In this document: piece by piece, positions 35,876 to 45,866 of the stretch
Position numbering within the stretch: position 1 is the first letter of the stretch
Layout: every line of letters begins with the position of its first letter
Assembly (NCBI GenBank): GCA_937930175.1
Contig: CALGLP010000006.1
Location: 193,749 to 257,748 of the forward strand
DNA length: 64,000 nt
Direction: 5' to 3'
DNA from: an uncultured bacterium
GTDB lineage: Bacteria; Omnitrophota; Gorgyraeia; Zapsychrales; Aceulaceae
The notes under the pieces: generated by a model
Told to the model about the DNA's origin: nothing
Seen by the model: only the letters and a program-made list of their open reading frames with translations
The model's database searches: none
Translations under genes and position numbers: made by a program

Positions 35876-37052
35876 TGATTTGACTGAATTCTTTTTCTAG
35901 GTTAGTGTTTTTAAGGGTTTGGGAAAGTTTTCCGTCCATGTATATCAGGGCTTTATCAGTTTCTCCTCGGCCAGGAAGCGAAAGCCCGATGTTGGCATTT
36001 TTGCTTTCTCCAGGGCCATTAACGATGCAGCCCATGATAGCAATCTTTAAGGTATTGATGCCAGGATATCGTTTTTGCCACAACGGATGCTTTTGGGCGA
36101 CGAAGGCTTCAACCTTTTTAGCTAAGGTCTCGAAATAAGTGCTGGCGGTCCGTCCGCATCCAGGACAGCTGATCACGGTTGGCTTGAAAAAACGTAAATC
36201 AAGCGCCTGGAGAAGCTCTTTGCAACATTCGACTTCTTCGGTGCGTGGATGGTTGGCTTGAGGGGTAAGCGAGATGCGAATGGTATCGCCAATACCTTGT
36301 TTAAGTAAGATGGCCAAGGCGCTTGTGCTGGCAATGATCCCTTTGCGGCCAGCACCAGCTTCAGTCAAGCCAAGGTGTAAGACATGATCGCATCGCTTGG
36401 CAAGCGCCTGATAAACAGCGACCATATCAGCGACATCTGACATTTTGACGCTTAAGACCATGGCCGTTTTGGGAAGGCCAATTTTTTCTGCAAGATTAGC
36501 GCTTCGAAGCGCACTTTGGACCATGGCCTCGTGGATAATAGTTTTGGTAATGAGGGTTTTCTTGTTTCTAGAATGTTGTTCTTTAATTTTCTCAAGGAGG
36601 CTTTGGTCGAGTGAGCCCCAATTGATGCCGATACGAATAGGTTTGCGGTGTTTGATGGCGATACGGATGATCTTGGAAAAGTTTTCAGCGTGATGACTGC
36701 CCTGGCCAACGTTACCTGGATTGATGCGATATTTATCGAGGAGTTTTGCCGCCAAAGGATATTTTTCAAGAAGCAGGTGCCCGTTGTAATGGAAGTCGCC
36801 AATGATCGGCGTTGGATAGCCCTGGCGGCGTAACGCGGGAATGATTTGCTCAACAGCGTGCATCGCGTGATCATCGTTGAGCGTCACGCGGACAAGGTCG
36901 CTTCCGCTTTTGATGAGTGTGATGGTTTGGGCAAGAGTTTTCTTTACGTCGGAGGTTGGTGTATTGGTCATCGATTGGATGGCGATAGGATGTCCTGACC
37001 CTAAAGGAATGTTTCCTATTAAAACAGTTGGAGTTTTGCGGCGCAGGTTCAT
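35844..37052 (-). CDS. ispG: 4-hydroxy-3-methylbut-2-en-1-yl diphosphate synthase
   Basis: GcpE family with a C-terminal 4Fe-4S Cys triad (CPGCGRT...GCIVNGPGE). Confidence 0.92.
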   Translation of the reverse strand: MNLRRKTPTVLIGNIPLGSGHPIAIQSMTNTPTSDVKKTLAQTITLIKSGSDLVRVTLNDDHAMHAVEQIIPALRRQGYPTPIIGDFHYNGHLLLEKYPLAAKLLDKYRINPGNVGQGSHHAENFSKIIRIAIKHRKPIRIGINWGSLDQSLLEKIKEQHSRNKKTLITKTIIHEAMVQSALRSANLAEKIGLPKTAMVLSVKMSDVADMVAVYQALAKRCDHVLHLGLTEAGAGRKGIIASTSALAILLKQGIGDTIRISLTPQANHPRTEEVECCKELLQALDLRFFKPTVISCPGCGRTASTYFETLAKKVEAFVAQKHPLWQKRYPGINTLKIAIMGCIVNGPGESKNANIGLSLPGRGETDKALIYMDGKLSQTLKNTNLEKEFSQIIERYIKSKYI

Positions 37053-37070
37053 TTTACCTCGAGAAAGTAT

Positions 37071-37099
37071 TTCTAAAACAATAGGAAAAGTGTTATAAT
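37071..37099 (+). promoter_or_regulatory. extended -10 promoter (TGtTATAAT) for ispH
   Basis: Seen directly. TGTTATAAT lies at 37092-37099, and an AGGTGA SD sits 6 nt before the ATG at 37134. Confidence 0.4.
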
Positions 37100-37133
37100 T
37101 CCAAAATTATACTTAAACCATCAGGTGATTGCA

Positions 37134-38054
37134 ATGGAAATATACTTAGCCCACACACAAGGTTTTTGCGCTGGCGTTGCGCGTGCCATTGAGATCCTTG
37201 ATCGCCTGCTTGAAAAATATGGCTCTCCCCTTTTTGTTTTTCATGAGATCGTTCACAACAAGTCTGTTGTCGCCGCGTTTGAGAAGAAGGGTGTCCGTTT
37301 TGTTGATACCTTGGAGGATGTTCCTGATGGTGTGCGTCTTGTTTTTAGCGCGCATGGGGTTTCGCCTTTGGTGGCCGCAGCAGCTAAGCAAAAAAAACTG
37401 CAGGTCGTTGATGCCACATGTCCCTTGGTTAGCCGTATTCACAGGCGGGCTGCAGAACTTTCCAGCCAAGGTATTGATGTTGTCTTGATCGGACATAAAA
37501 AGCACCAAGAGGTTGTTGGCACGCAAGGTTATGTTGATCCCGCGCGGCTGCACATTGTTGAACATGCAGACGATGTCCGTACGTTAAAGATTCCAAACGA
37601 GAAGAAGATCGGGTTTGTGACGCAAACAACACTTTCCTTAGATGACACGCGATCTATTGTGGCTGCGTTGCAAGAAAAGTTCTTGCATCTGATCCTTCCT
37701 CCCACAAGTGATATTTGTTACGCAACGCAGAATCGGCAAGATGCGGTTAAGGAGCTTTGTAAGAGCTGTGAGCTGATCATTGTTTGCGGATCTGTGAATA
37801 GTTCTAATAGCCAACGTCTTAAGGAAACGGCTGAAAAGCATAAGATCCCAAGCCTTCTTGTGGATAAGGCCGATGAGCTTGATATGGAGCGATTAAAGGG
37901 TATCGAAAGATTGGGGATCAGTTCTGGGGCCTCTGTTCCCAGGTATATCGTTGAGGATGTTTTAGCAAAGATCAAGAAGCATTTTTCGATCAGTAAAATA
38001 TATGTTGCCGAAAGTCCGGAAAAAAATATTAAATTTTCTCTTCCTAAGATTTAA
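37134..38054 (+). CDS. ispH: 4-hydroxy-3-methylbut-2-enyl diphosphate reductase
   Basis: QGFCAGV...ATCP...three conserved Cys of LytB. Start chosen at ATG MEIYLAH with an SD. The track ORF starts 3 codons earlier at GTG. Confidence 0.92.
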   Translation: MEIYLAHTQGFCAGVARAIEILDRLLEKYGSPLFVFHEIVHNKSVVAAFEKKGVRFVDTLEDVPDGVRLVFSAHGVSPLVAAAAKQKKLQVVDATCPLVSRIHRRAAELSSQGIDVVLIGHKKHQEVVGTQGYVDPARLHIVEHADDVRTLKIPNEKKIGFVTQTTLSLDDTRSIVAALQEKFLHLILPPTSDICYATQNRQDAVKELCKSCELIIVCGSVNSSNSQRLKETAEKHKIPSLLVDKADELDMERLKGIERLGISSGASVPRYIVEDVLAKIKKHFSISKIYVAESPEKNIKFSLPKI

Positions 38055-38105
38055 GGAATTTATTTTTGTCTAATTTTAGTGGAAATGTTGAGATGACTTT
38101 TTGAT

Positions 38106-39047
38106 ATGTTGAGTATCCATACCATCCAGGATCATATCAAGGCCCCTATCGTTCAAAACGCACGATTGTCGGAATTTACAACATTTCGTTTAGGCGGTCG
38201 CTGCCCTCTTCTTATTTCTTGCCAGAGGCTTCAAGAGATCCAGAATGTAATTCAATATTTTTATGCGCAACGGATGGAAAATTACATTGTCATTGGCGAG
38301 GGGTCAAATCTTTTGGTGTCAGATGATGGTATCCAAGAACACGTGATACGCTATTTTTCTAAGACAGCCCATTTTGAGCGTGATGGCGAGGAGATCATCG
38401 TAGAGGCATGCTCAAGGCTCGATCATCTAGCTTTTGTATGTGCCAAACAAGGGCTTGCAGGTCTTGGGTTTGCTTCAGGGATTCCTGGAAGCGTTGGCGG
38501 GGCGGTGGTGGGCAATGCCGGTGCTTTTGGTCATGAAATGGGAGAATTTACCCAAGCCGTTGACGTCCTTGACACGAAAGGACGCGTGCGAACCCTGGGT
38601 CGTCATAATTGCGCTTTTTCTTATCGACAGTCACATTTTAAGGATTCAAAAGATATTATTTTAAGCGTGCGATTAAAGCTTAAGGAAGGTTCTGCTCCTA
38701 CCCTTTTAGAAGAGCGCAAGAAGATCCTTTTGGAGCGAAGAGCCAAACATCCGAATTATCATACGGTTCCCTGCGCGGGTAGTTTTTTTAAGAATATTAA
38801 AGCCTCTGATCCTTTCGATCGTCGTCAAGCGGCAGGATGGTTTCTTGATCAAATTGGCGCAAAGCAAATGTTAGTCGGTGGAGCGGGTGTTTTTGAGAAG
38901 CATGCCAATATTCTTATCAAGAAAACGCCGCTGTGCACAGCGAGCGATGTTTACGCGTTATCAAAGAAAATGGAACAAGCTGTTTTAGAAAAGTTTGGAA
39001 TTGTTTTGGAGCGTGAAGTGCGATTGCTTGGCTCGTTTACCTGTTAG
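38106..39047 (+). CDS. murB: UDP-N-acetylenolpyruvoylglucosamine reductase
   Basis: FAD-binding PCMH domain (RLGGRCP...IGEGSNLL) and the MurB C-terminal domain, 313 aa. Confidence 0.88.
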   Translation: MLSIHTIQDHIKAPIVQNARLSEFTTFRLGGRCPLLISCQRLQEIQNVIQYFYAQRMENYIVIGEGSNLLVSDDGIQEHVIRYFSKTAHFERDGEEIIVEACSRLDHLAFVCAKQGLAGLGFASGIPGSVGGAVVGNAGAFGHEMGEFTQAVDVLDTKGRVRTLGRHNCAFSYRQSHFKDSKDIILSVRLKLKEGSAPTLLEERKKILLERRAKHPNYHTVPCAGSFFKNIKASDPFDRRQAAGWFLDQIGAKQMLVGGAGVFEKHANILIKKTPLCTASDVYALSKKMEQAVLEKFGIVLEREVRLLGSFTC

Positions 39048-39067
39048 GATTTTGCCCCAGAGGTCAG

Positions 39068-40117
39068 TTACCCGCCAATTTTGTACATCTCAATCTTTTT
39101 GTTTCGGTTATTTTTCGCTAAAAGTGCCGAACGTTTTTCCGAATAACAATCGTTTCGTTGTTGCCAAGCTTTTTTGATGAGGGCAAGGATTTCATCGTCG
39201 CTGGCGCCATTTCTCATGGGTTTCTTAAGATCAAGGCCGTGATCTGCGAAAAGGCATGTGTAAAGCTTTCCATCAGGCGTTAGGCGTAAGCGATTGCATG
39301 TTTGGCAAAAGGGTTGACTGATTGACGCGATGATCCCAATCTCTCCTTTTCCATCTTTGTACGCATAGCGTTTCGCTGTTTCGCCAGGAGTGGTTGGGTT
39401 AAGGGCTGTAAGCGGATATTTACGATGAATAGTCTCAAAGATATCTTTTGCGAAAACAACGTGATCAAGGCTCCAACCGTTTTGTGTCCCGACATCCATG
39501 TATTCAATAAAACGCACGATGTGCGGCGTTTCGCGGAAATATTTGGTTAATGCCAAAATCGTGTCATCATTGATACCTTTTTGAATAACAGCATTGATTT
39601 TAAGGGGTGAAAATCCGGCGTCCATGGCGTGTGCAATCGAGTCAAGAATCCTTTGTAAGTTATGGCGATGACCATTCATCTGTTGAAAGGTTTCTTCTGT
39701 GAGGCTGTTCAAGCTAATGGTTAAGCGCTTAAGGCCTGCGGCCTTAAGCGCAAAAAGATGTTGGCCTAATAAATACCCGTTGGTGGTCAGGGCAAGATCC
39801 GTGATCGTATCAATCTGGCCAAGTTCTTGAACCAGGCGTATCAAATCCGGGCGTAAAAGTGGTTCCCCACCCGTGAGGCGAACCTTAGAAACTCCAAGCT
39901 TGGTTGCAATGCGGGCAATGCGAACAATATTGTTAATCGACAAGTAATCATCAGGCGCGATGAAGTCATTGTGGGTGCGAACGCTTTCCGATGGCATGCA
40001 GTGGGGACATCGGAAGTTGCATCGCTCGGTCACGGAGATGCGCAAATCATGCAAGGCGCGGCCTCGACGGTCAAAGAGCGCTGCCGAGGTTGCTGGTTTT
40101 TCCGCAACAGTATTCAT
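39068..40117 (-). CDS. moaA: GTP 3',8-cyclase (molybdenum cofactor biosynthesis protein A)
   Basis: Radical-SAM CNFRCPHC plus the C-terminal second-cluster Cys (CQTCNRLRLTPDGKLYTCL). Confidence 0.9.
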   Translation of the reverse strand: MNTVAEKPATSAALFDRRGRALHDLRISVTERCNFRCPHCMPSESVRTHNDFIAPDDYLSINNIVRIARIATKLGVSKVRLTGGEPLLRPDLIRLVQELGQIDTITDLALTTNGYLLGQHLFALKAAGLKRLTISLNSLTEETFQQMNGHRHNLQRILDSIAHAMDAGFSPLKINAVIQKGINDDTILALTKYFRETPHIVRFIEYMDVGTQNGWSLDHVVFAKDIFETIHRKYPLTALNPTTPGETAKRYAYKDGKGEIGIIASISQPFCQTCNRLRLTPDGKLYTCLFADHGLDLKKPMRNGASDDEILALIKKAWQQRNDCYSEKRSALLAKNNRNKKIEMYKIGG

Positions 40118-40119
40118 GA

Positions 40120-40362
40120 TTAGGCGATCGTGACTTTAATATCTGAGTTATATTTTTCTTTAAGGGTTTCTTCAATCATCATCAGTGTGCCCATCTTGGC
40201 ATGCGGACAACAGCCACAGGCCCCCTGGTAATCAATGGTCAAAACATTATTTTTAAAGCTTACAACTGTGAGGTCTCCCCCATCGCGTTGCAAGAAGGGG
40301 CGAATATCACGGTTGATGATTGTCTTAATTTTTTCAAGTTCGAGATCCTTGGGATCAGCCAT
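40120..40362 (-). CDS. NifU-like Fe-S cluster scaffold/carrier domain protein
   Basis: 80 aa. GGDLTVVSF...YQGACGCCPHA matches the Nfu/NifU C-terminal domain CxxC. Confidence 0.75.
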   Translation of the reverse strand: MADPKDLELEKIKTIINRDIRPFLQRDGGDLTVVSFKNNVLTIDYQGACGCCPHAKMGTLMMIEETLKEKYNSDIKVTIA

Positions 40363-40374
40363 AGCTTGACTCCT

Positions 40375-40908
40375 TTAATGGTGGTTAATGTTGAGTTGAG
40401 TTTTGCGATAATAAAGATGTGCGCTGTCAATCACCTTAAGGCAATCCGCCAGCGCCCCGGCAACAGCTTTTAAACATAGGGGGATGGCTTTGGGGTTGCC
40501 TGGTAAATTGATGATTAGGGTTTTTTTATGTATGCCAGCGATTTGCCGCGAAAGAATGGCTGTTGGTGTTTGACGCAATGATGCCGCACGCATGGCCTCT
40601 CCAAACCCTGGTAAAAGTTTTTCGCAGACCTGTTGTGTTGCTTCTGGCGTGACATCGCGCTTAGAGGGGCCTGTCCCGCCAGTTGTGAGAACGAGCGCGC
40701 ATTGTTGTTGATTACAAAGATCACGTAGGCCAGCTGCGATCAGGCGTTTGTTGTCAGGAACCAGGCGATAACAAATCTCAAAAGGATTGGTGAAGAGATT
40801 TTTGAGCGTTTTGACAATGAGCATCTTTGAGGCATCTTTGTAAATGTTGTTAAAAGCTCTGTCTGATGCTGTCAAGATGCCTAGGCGTATTTTCCGAGAG
40901 ACGACCAT
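40375..40908 (-). CDS. mogA: molybdopterin adenylyltransferase MogA/MoaB family
   Basis: LVLTTGGTGPSKRDVTPEA and GNP motifs of the MoCF_biosynth domain. Confidence 0.85.
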   Translation of the reverse strand: MVVSRKIRLGILTASDRAFNNIYKDASKMLIVKTLKNLFTNPFEICYRLVPDNKRLIAAGLRDLCNQQQCALVLTTGGTGPSKRDVTPEATQQVCEKLLPGFGEAMRAASLRQTPTAILSRQIAGIHKKTLIINLPGNPKAIPLCLKAVAGALADCLKVIDSAHLYYRKTQLNINHH

Positions 40909-40914
40909 TAGAGA

Positions 40915-41094
40915 TTATCCTAACAGTTTATCCCCGACTGCCCAGTTTTCAGCAGGATATTCATCGAAGGAGATGTAGGTTTGGCTCTTGGGTTTGTTGG
41001 CTACTTTCAGAAGCGTTTCTGAAATATCTTGTGCAATTTTTTGTTTTTGATCTTTAGTTAGTTTTCCAACTAGCTTGACGTTAACGTATGGCAT
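40915..41094 (-). CDS. 4-oxalocrotonate tautomerase family protein (59 aa). Missed by the ORF track because it is below its 60-aa cutoff.
   Basis: Hand translation gives MPYVNVKLVGKLTKDQKQKIAQDISETLLKVANKPKSQTYISFDEYPAENWAVGDKLLG. Pro1 directly after Met is the catalytic-base signature of the tautomerase superfamily. A GGAG SD sits 10 nt upstream. Confidence 0.7.
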   Translation of the reverse strand: MPYVNVKLVGKLTKDQKQKIAQDISETLLKVANKPKSQTYISFDEYPAENWAVGDKLLG

Positions 41095-41106
41095 GGAAGC
41101 GCTCCT

Positions 41107-41694
41107 TTAGTTTTTAGACAGTTCAAAGATCCCAACATGCGCAAAAACATTTGGAAAAAAACTAATTCGCGCGTTACGGGATAAAGCAATCGCATTTTCG
41201 ATCTTAATATTTCTTTTTTTGCAGAAGATACGAAAATCTTTTAGGCTTAAGAAGCGTAAGTTTGGCGTATCGTACCATTGATCAGGTAGTTCTTTAGTGA
41301 CCGGAACCTTGCCACGGAAAAAAACCTGGTAGCGCCCATAGATATGACAAAAATTAGGAATGCCGACAATAACCTTTTTTCCAACACGCAGAGCCTCTAA
41401 GATGACGCGCTCAGGATGCAAGACCTGCTGAAGACTTTCGTAAAGGATCACATAATCAAAACGTTTATCGCCATAGTCGCTTAATTCATGATCGATATCA
41501 CCATGGACGACGGTGAGGCCTTTTTCAACGCACTGATAGATCGCTTGTTCATCGATTTCAATGCCGACGCCGCGGGTTTTCTTTTGATCGCGCAAAAATG
41601 CTAAGAGGTCCCCGTTGCCGCAGCCAAGGTCTAAAACGCGCGCGTTGGTTTCAACAAGATGAATAATGGTTTGATAATCTAAGCGGTCTGCCAT
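41107..41694 (-). CDS. metW: methionine biosynthesis protein MetW
   Basis: VLDLGCGNGDLLAFL SAM-MTase-like fold typical of MetW, immediately downstream of metX. Confidence 0.85.
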   Translation of the reverse strand: MADRLDYQTIIHLVETNARVLDLGCGNGDLLAFLRDQKKTRGVGIEIDEQAIYQCVEKGLTVVHGDIDHELSDYGDKRFDYVILYESLQQVLHPERVILEALRVGKKVIVGIPNFCHIYGRYQVFFRGKVPVTKELPDQWYDTPNLRFLSLKDFRIFCKKRNIKIENAIALSRNARISFFPNVFAHVGIFELSKN

Positions 41695-41704
41695 GATTTT
41701 TTCC

Positions 41705-42853
41705 TTATTCGTTTTTCTTTAAGAAATTTCTGACAAGGCGCGATTGCTCATCACACTCGATTAAAAAGGAATCGTGTCCATAGGAGCTTTTAATTTCACA
41801 ACTTGTGATATCCACGTCATTGATCTTAAGGGCCTTGATCATATCCTTAAGCTGGTGTGTCGGATAAAGCCAGTCTGAGGTAAACGTGATGACAAGAAAG
41901 TTCGCAGAGGCATCCTTAAAGGATTCAACAAGGCTCTTTTCCTCAGCGAGATTAAAATAATCCGCAGCTTTTGTGATGTAAAGATAAGAATTAGCATCAA
42001 AGCGTTGTACAAAGCTGTCGCCGCGGTATTTGAGGTAACCTTCCACTTGAAAGTCTTGAGAAAAATCAAGCCCCACGCGTTCCTTGCTGATCAGTTTTCT
42101 GCCGAATTTCGTATCCATCGATTCGGAACTCATATAAGTAATATGCCCCACCATGCGCGCTAAGGCGATGCCCGTTGCAGGAGTTGGTTTCCCATAGTAA
42201 TCCCCGTTATTCCAGTGAGGATCGGACATGATGGCCTGGCGTCCGACTTCATGAAAAGCAATTTGCTGCGCGGTGTGTCCTGTATTTGTTGCGATCACGA
42301 TCGCTGATCGAATATTTTGAGGATAAGCGATACTCCACTTGAGGACTTGCATGCCTCCGATGGATCCGCCAGCAACAGAAAGAAGTTTTTTGATTCCTAA
42401 ATGATCAATAAGACGCTTTTGCGCACAAACCATGTCTTTGATTGTTATGACGGGAAAGCTTAAGGCGTACGGTTTCCCTGTTTTGGGATTGATCGATGAT
42501 GGTCCAGTACTTCCCTTGCAGCCACCGATCACATTTGAGCAAATGATGAAATAATGATTAGTATCAAAAGCTTTGCCTGGCCCGATCATGGCATCCCACC
42601 AGCCTGGTTTTTTGTCGCCGTCATGATAGCCAGCCGCGTGAGCATCACCGGAAAGCGCGTGACAAATAAGGATAGCATTGGAGCAATTGTGATTGAGCGT
42701 GCCGTAGGTTTCGTAGGCGAGTGTGATAGGACCGAGCTTTAACCCACTACGAAGTTCTAGCTCATGGGGTGGCTCAGCAAAGGTAAAGTATTTTGTTTCT
42801 ACGATCCCTAAATTCCCTTCCATGAATCTCCTTAAGTGTGTCTCGCTGTCCAT
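41705..42853 (-). CDS. metX: homoserine O-acetyltransferase
   Basis: Alpha/beta hydrolase with the MetX motifs ([25 protein letters not shown] nucleophile elbow), 382 aa. Confidence 0.9.
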   Translation of the reverse strand: MDSETHLRRFMEGNLGIVETKYFTFAEPPHELELRSGLKLGPITLAYETYGTLNHNCSNAILICHALSGDAHAAGYHDGDKKPGWWDAMIGPGKAFDTNHYFIICSNVIGGCKGSTGPSSINPKTGKPYALSFPVITIKDMVCAQKRLIDHLGIKKLLSVAGGSIGGMQVLKWSIAYPQNIRSAIVIATNTGHTAQQIAFHEVGRQAIMSDPHWNNGDYYGKPTPATGIALARMVGHITYMSSESMDTKFGRKLISKERVGLDFSQDFQVEGYLKYRGDSFVQRFDANSYLYITKAADYFNLAEEKSLVESFKDASANFLVITFTSDWLYPTHQLKDMIKALKINDVDITSCEIKSSYGHDSFLIECDEQSRLVRNFLKKNE

Positions 42854-42997
42854 GGGTTGAGTCTAACCCCAGGGAGCTTACCGTTCAATCAATGCAGACG
42901 AACGAGGGGTTTCATAAACAATGCAAAATCTTAACATACTCGAAATCAGGTGTCAATTGACCAGTTTGTCTTGCTAGAAAGAAATTAAATAAATCTT

Positions 42998-44302
42998 CTA
43001 AAGAAGCTTGCCTGTTAAACCGTTAACAGAAGCACTGGTAATAATAACATTGACACATTTCCCGGCATGAGCCTTAGGGATGTAAACGCTGACAATCTTA
43101 TTGGTGTCCGTGCGGCCGCGCCAATGACCTGGTTGCCTCTCTTCTTCCAGGAGGATTTCTTGGGTTTGGCCAATGAGTTTCATATTTTGCTTGAGAGAAA
43201 ATTCTTGCTGAAGCGCGTTGAGTGAGATGATCCGTTCTTTCTTTACTTCAGGGCTGACATCGTCTTTGTATCGGCGCTCTGCCAACGTGCCAGTGCGTGG
43301 TGAGTATTTAAAGATAAAGGCCGCATCAAAGGATGCTTTTTTAAAAACATCAACCGTATCGCGGAAGTCCTTCTCCGTTTCGGTTGGAAAGCCAATAATG
43401 ATGTCGGTTGTGATGGCGATCTGGGGAATTCTTTGTCTGATCGCACGCACGAGGCGTAAAAATTGTTCTTTTGTGTATGTTCGATTCATGAGCCTCAGAA
43501 TACGATTGCTTCCCGATTGTAGTGGTAGATGGATGTGCTTGCAGACATTTTTTTGTCTTGCGATGATATCAATGAGGCTTGTTGGAAAATCCTTGGGGTG
43601 CGGTGACATGAAACGAATACGTTTAAGGCCATTGATTTGACTTATGTCATCGAGCAGTAGCGGGAAATCATAACCATCGGCGTTGTACGAATTCACATTT
43701 TGCCCAAGGAGCGTCACCTGGGGATAGCCTTCGACCACAAGTTTTCTAATTTCTGCAAGGATGTTTTTTGGTTTTCGACTGCGTTCGCGACCGCGCGCAT
43801 AGGGCACAATGCAAAAGCTGCAGAAATTGTTACATCCGCGCGTGATCGCGACCCAGGCGTTAATCCCCTTTTGGCGCTGGGGGTAAATATCATCATAGTT
43901 TTCTTTTTTCGACAAGGTGATATCCGCGATCTTTTTATTTTTTTGAGCCTGGGCAATGATTGCAGGTAATCGACGGTAGCTGTCCGGTCCGACAATAAAA
44001 TCAACTTCACGCTTTTTGTTCGTGATCAAATGTTCTTTGAGATCGGTTGCCATACATCCTAAAATACCAATAAGAATCGGCTTGTTCTTTGTTTGATGAC
44101 GCAATAAATCGACAAGACCGAAGATTTTTCGGTTTGCCGTTTCTCGGACGGAGCACGTATTAAGCAGGATAATGTCCGTTGCCTCTTCGCTCTTGGAGAG
44201 AACGTAGCCGGCCTTGAGCAGGATCGAGCGAATGAGCTCGCTATCGTACTCATTCATCTGGCAGCCGAAGGTGCGGAGAAATATTTTTTTATTCTTTATC
44301 AT
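42998..44302 (-). CDS. miaB: tRNA-2-methylthio-N6-dimethylallyladenosine synthase
   Basis: UPF0004 N-domain (TFGCQMNEYDSE), radical SAM (CNNFCSFC) and TRAM domain, 434 aa. Confidence 0.9.
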   Translation of the reverse strand: MIKNKKIFLRTFGCQMNEYDSELIRSILLKAGYVLSKSEEATDIILLNTCSVRETANRKIFGLVDLLRHQTKNKPILIGILGCMATDLKEHLITNKKREVDFIVGPDSYRRLPAIIAQAQKNKKIADITLSKKENYDDIYPQRQKGINAWVAITRGCNNFCSFCIVPYARGRERSRKPKNILAEIRKLVVEGYPQVTLLGQNVNSYNADGYDFPLLLDDISQINGLKRIRFMSPHPKDFPTSLIDIIARQKNVCKHIHLPLQSGSNRILRLMNRTYTKEQFLRLVRAIRQRIPQIAITTDIIIGFPTETEKDFRDTVDVFKKASFDAAFIFKYSPRTGTLAERRYKDDVSPEVKKERIISLNALQQEFSLKQNMKLIGQTQEILLEEERQPGHWRGRTDTNKIVSVYIPKAHAGKCVNVIITSASVNGLTGKLL

Positions 44303-44303
44303 C

Positions 44304-45095
44304 TTAAAGAAGTCCTTGCGATTTTAAAATATTTTCGATAATGGTTCTTGCTGTCTTGCCGGAAGGGTTTTTGCCTCCTATGATATTGCATGCGAAAACA
44401 TATGTCGTGTATTTATTTTCGAGAAATCCGACAAACCAGCCCAGGTTCCATTTCCCATCCGGCCCTGCGCCGGAGCCGGTTTTCCCGTAAAGCGTTCCTT
44501 TGCCGGTCTTCTCGATGAGCATGATATCCCGCAGGATCGCGATATTCTTTTCAGTAAATAGTAGTTTGCCGTCCAAAAGCTTGTTTAAAAGAGTGACTTG
44601 CTCATCAGCGCTGATTTTGATGGGTGCAGTTTTGGGACGCGGAAGCCAGAAAGTATTTATTCCTGCTGAAATATCCTTGGTCCCATAATTGATTTGTTCA
44701 ATGTATTTTTTCATGCGCGCAGGACCGATTTGTTGGGCCAAGATCTGGTAGGCCGGAACGGCCGACACTTTAAACGCCTCACGGAGTGTTAAATCCTGAT
44801 CCCAGCCCTCAACGTCGTGCTTCACCCCGTCCCATTGATACCACGGCTTATCAGCTCCCTGAAGGAGCCCCAGCTCAAGCCCAATGAGCGTATTATAGAT
44901 TTTGAATGTTGAACAAGGCGCAAGGCGTTGATGACTGCGCGCAGGATTGATATTGACCGTCTCCCCGGTTGCCCGGTTATAAATCACAACGGCTGCGTCA
45001 TACCCCTGTAAAAGAGTTTTGTCGATCTCTTGGGCAAATGAAGATGAGGTGATCAAAAGAAGACCGATCAAGAACGTGATTTTGTTTGCTCTCAT
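44304..45095 (-). CDS. class D (OXA-type) beta-lactamase fold protein, secreted
   Basis: Signal peptide and the class D motifs in order: STFK, YGT (YGN-like), SAV, KTG and WNLGWFVGF (WxxG). Its stop is 1 nt before the miaB start. Confidence 0.75.
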   Translation of the reverse strand: MRANKITFLIGLLLITSSSFAQEIDKTLLQGYDAAVVIYNRATGETVNINPARSHQRLAPCSTFKIYNTLIGLELGLLQGADKPWYQWDGVKHDVEGWDQDLTLREAFKVSAVPAYQILAQQIGPARMKKYIEQINYGTKDISAGINTFWLPRPKTAPIKISADEQVTLLNKLLDGKLLFTEKNIAILRDIMLIEKTGKGTLYGKTGSGAGPDGKWNLGWFVGFLENKYTTYVFACNIIGGKNPSGKTARTIIENILKSQGLL

Positions 45096-45104
45096 TTAAA
45101 ATCC

Positions 45105-45866
45105 TTATTTTTCCGCCACCACAAGCATCTCAAAATCTTCAGTGGTCAACTTGTCATTTCGTGAATATGCCCCAAGCTTCGCGCCAAAGATGTCGATTTT
45201 TTTGAACCCAAGTGTCTTTAAAAGCCACGTGATCTCGCTTGGCACATAGTAACGCTCGTTACAGGTTAATTCTTTTTTGGTTCCCGCGTCGTCCTCAAAT
45301 ATGACGGTGTTGTGGTCACGGAACGTCATCAGATCGAACGAACAATTTTTACATACGGAATTGCCTTCTTTGGCCGCGGACTCATAAAATTCTTTGACGG
45401 AATGAAAAAGCGGAAATAACCCGTTCAATGTCGTAAATATAAACTTGCCGTTATCTTTCAACGCCTTTATCGCGTTCTTGAGGATTGCGAAATTCATTTC
45501 ATCAGTTTCCATGAGAGAGAATCCGCCTTCGCAGAGCATGATCGCTAAATCAAATTTGTCTTCAAAGGGAAGGTCTCTCGCATCGTGTTTCTGAAAATCA
45601 ATCGTCACGCCTGCTTCTTTCGCCTTTTCTCTTGCCCTTGCAAGCTGTGATGCGGAAAGGTCAACGCCGGTCACCGCATACCCTCTTTTCGTCAATTCAA
45701 TAGCGTGACGGCCTGTGCCGCAACCAATATCGATGATCTGCAAGGATTTGTTGCGGCCTATTTCAGTCTCAATAAAATCACACTCACCCGCTGTCCCTTG
45801 AACAAAACATTCCTTGTCGTATTTTTGCCCGTAATTTTCAAATAATGACTCGTACCATTGTTTCAT
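45105..45866 (-). CDS. class I SAM-dependent methyltransferase
   Basis: IIDIGCGTGRHAIEL motif I, an acidic motif II (GVDLS) and DLAIM post-I region. Substrate unknown. Confidence 0.75.
   Translation of the reverse strand: MKQWYESLFENYGQKYDKECFVQGTAGECDFIETEIGRNKSLQIIDIGCGTGRHAIELTKRGYAVTGVDLSASQLARAREKAKEAGVTIDFQKHDARDLPFEDKFDLAIMLCEGGFSLMETDEMNFAILKNAIKALKDNGKFIFTTLNGLFPLFHSVKEFYESAAKEGNSVCKNCSFDLMTFRDHNTVIFEDDAGTKKELTCNERYYVPSEITWLLKTLGFKKIDIFGAKLGAYSRNDKLTTEDFEMLVVAEK

Noticed and set aside
42854-42997. SAM riboswitch in the metX leader
   Set aside because: No conserved SAM-I/SAM-II core motifs are visible by eye. This is kept only as a low-interest finding pending an Rfam scan.
44304-45095. 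Class D beta-lactamase as a horizontally acquired resistance cassette
   Set aside because: No integron attC site, transposase, IS element or compositional discontinuity flanks it. It is translationally coupled to miaB. It looks chromosomal and intrinsic.
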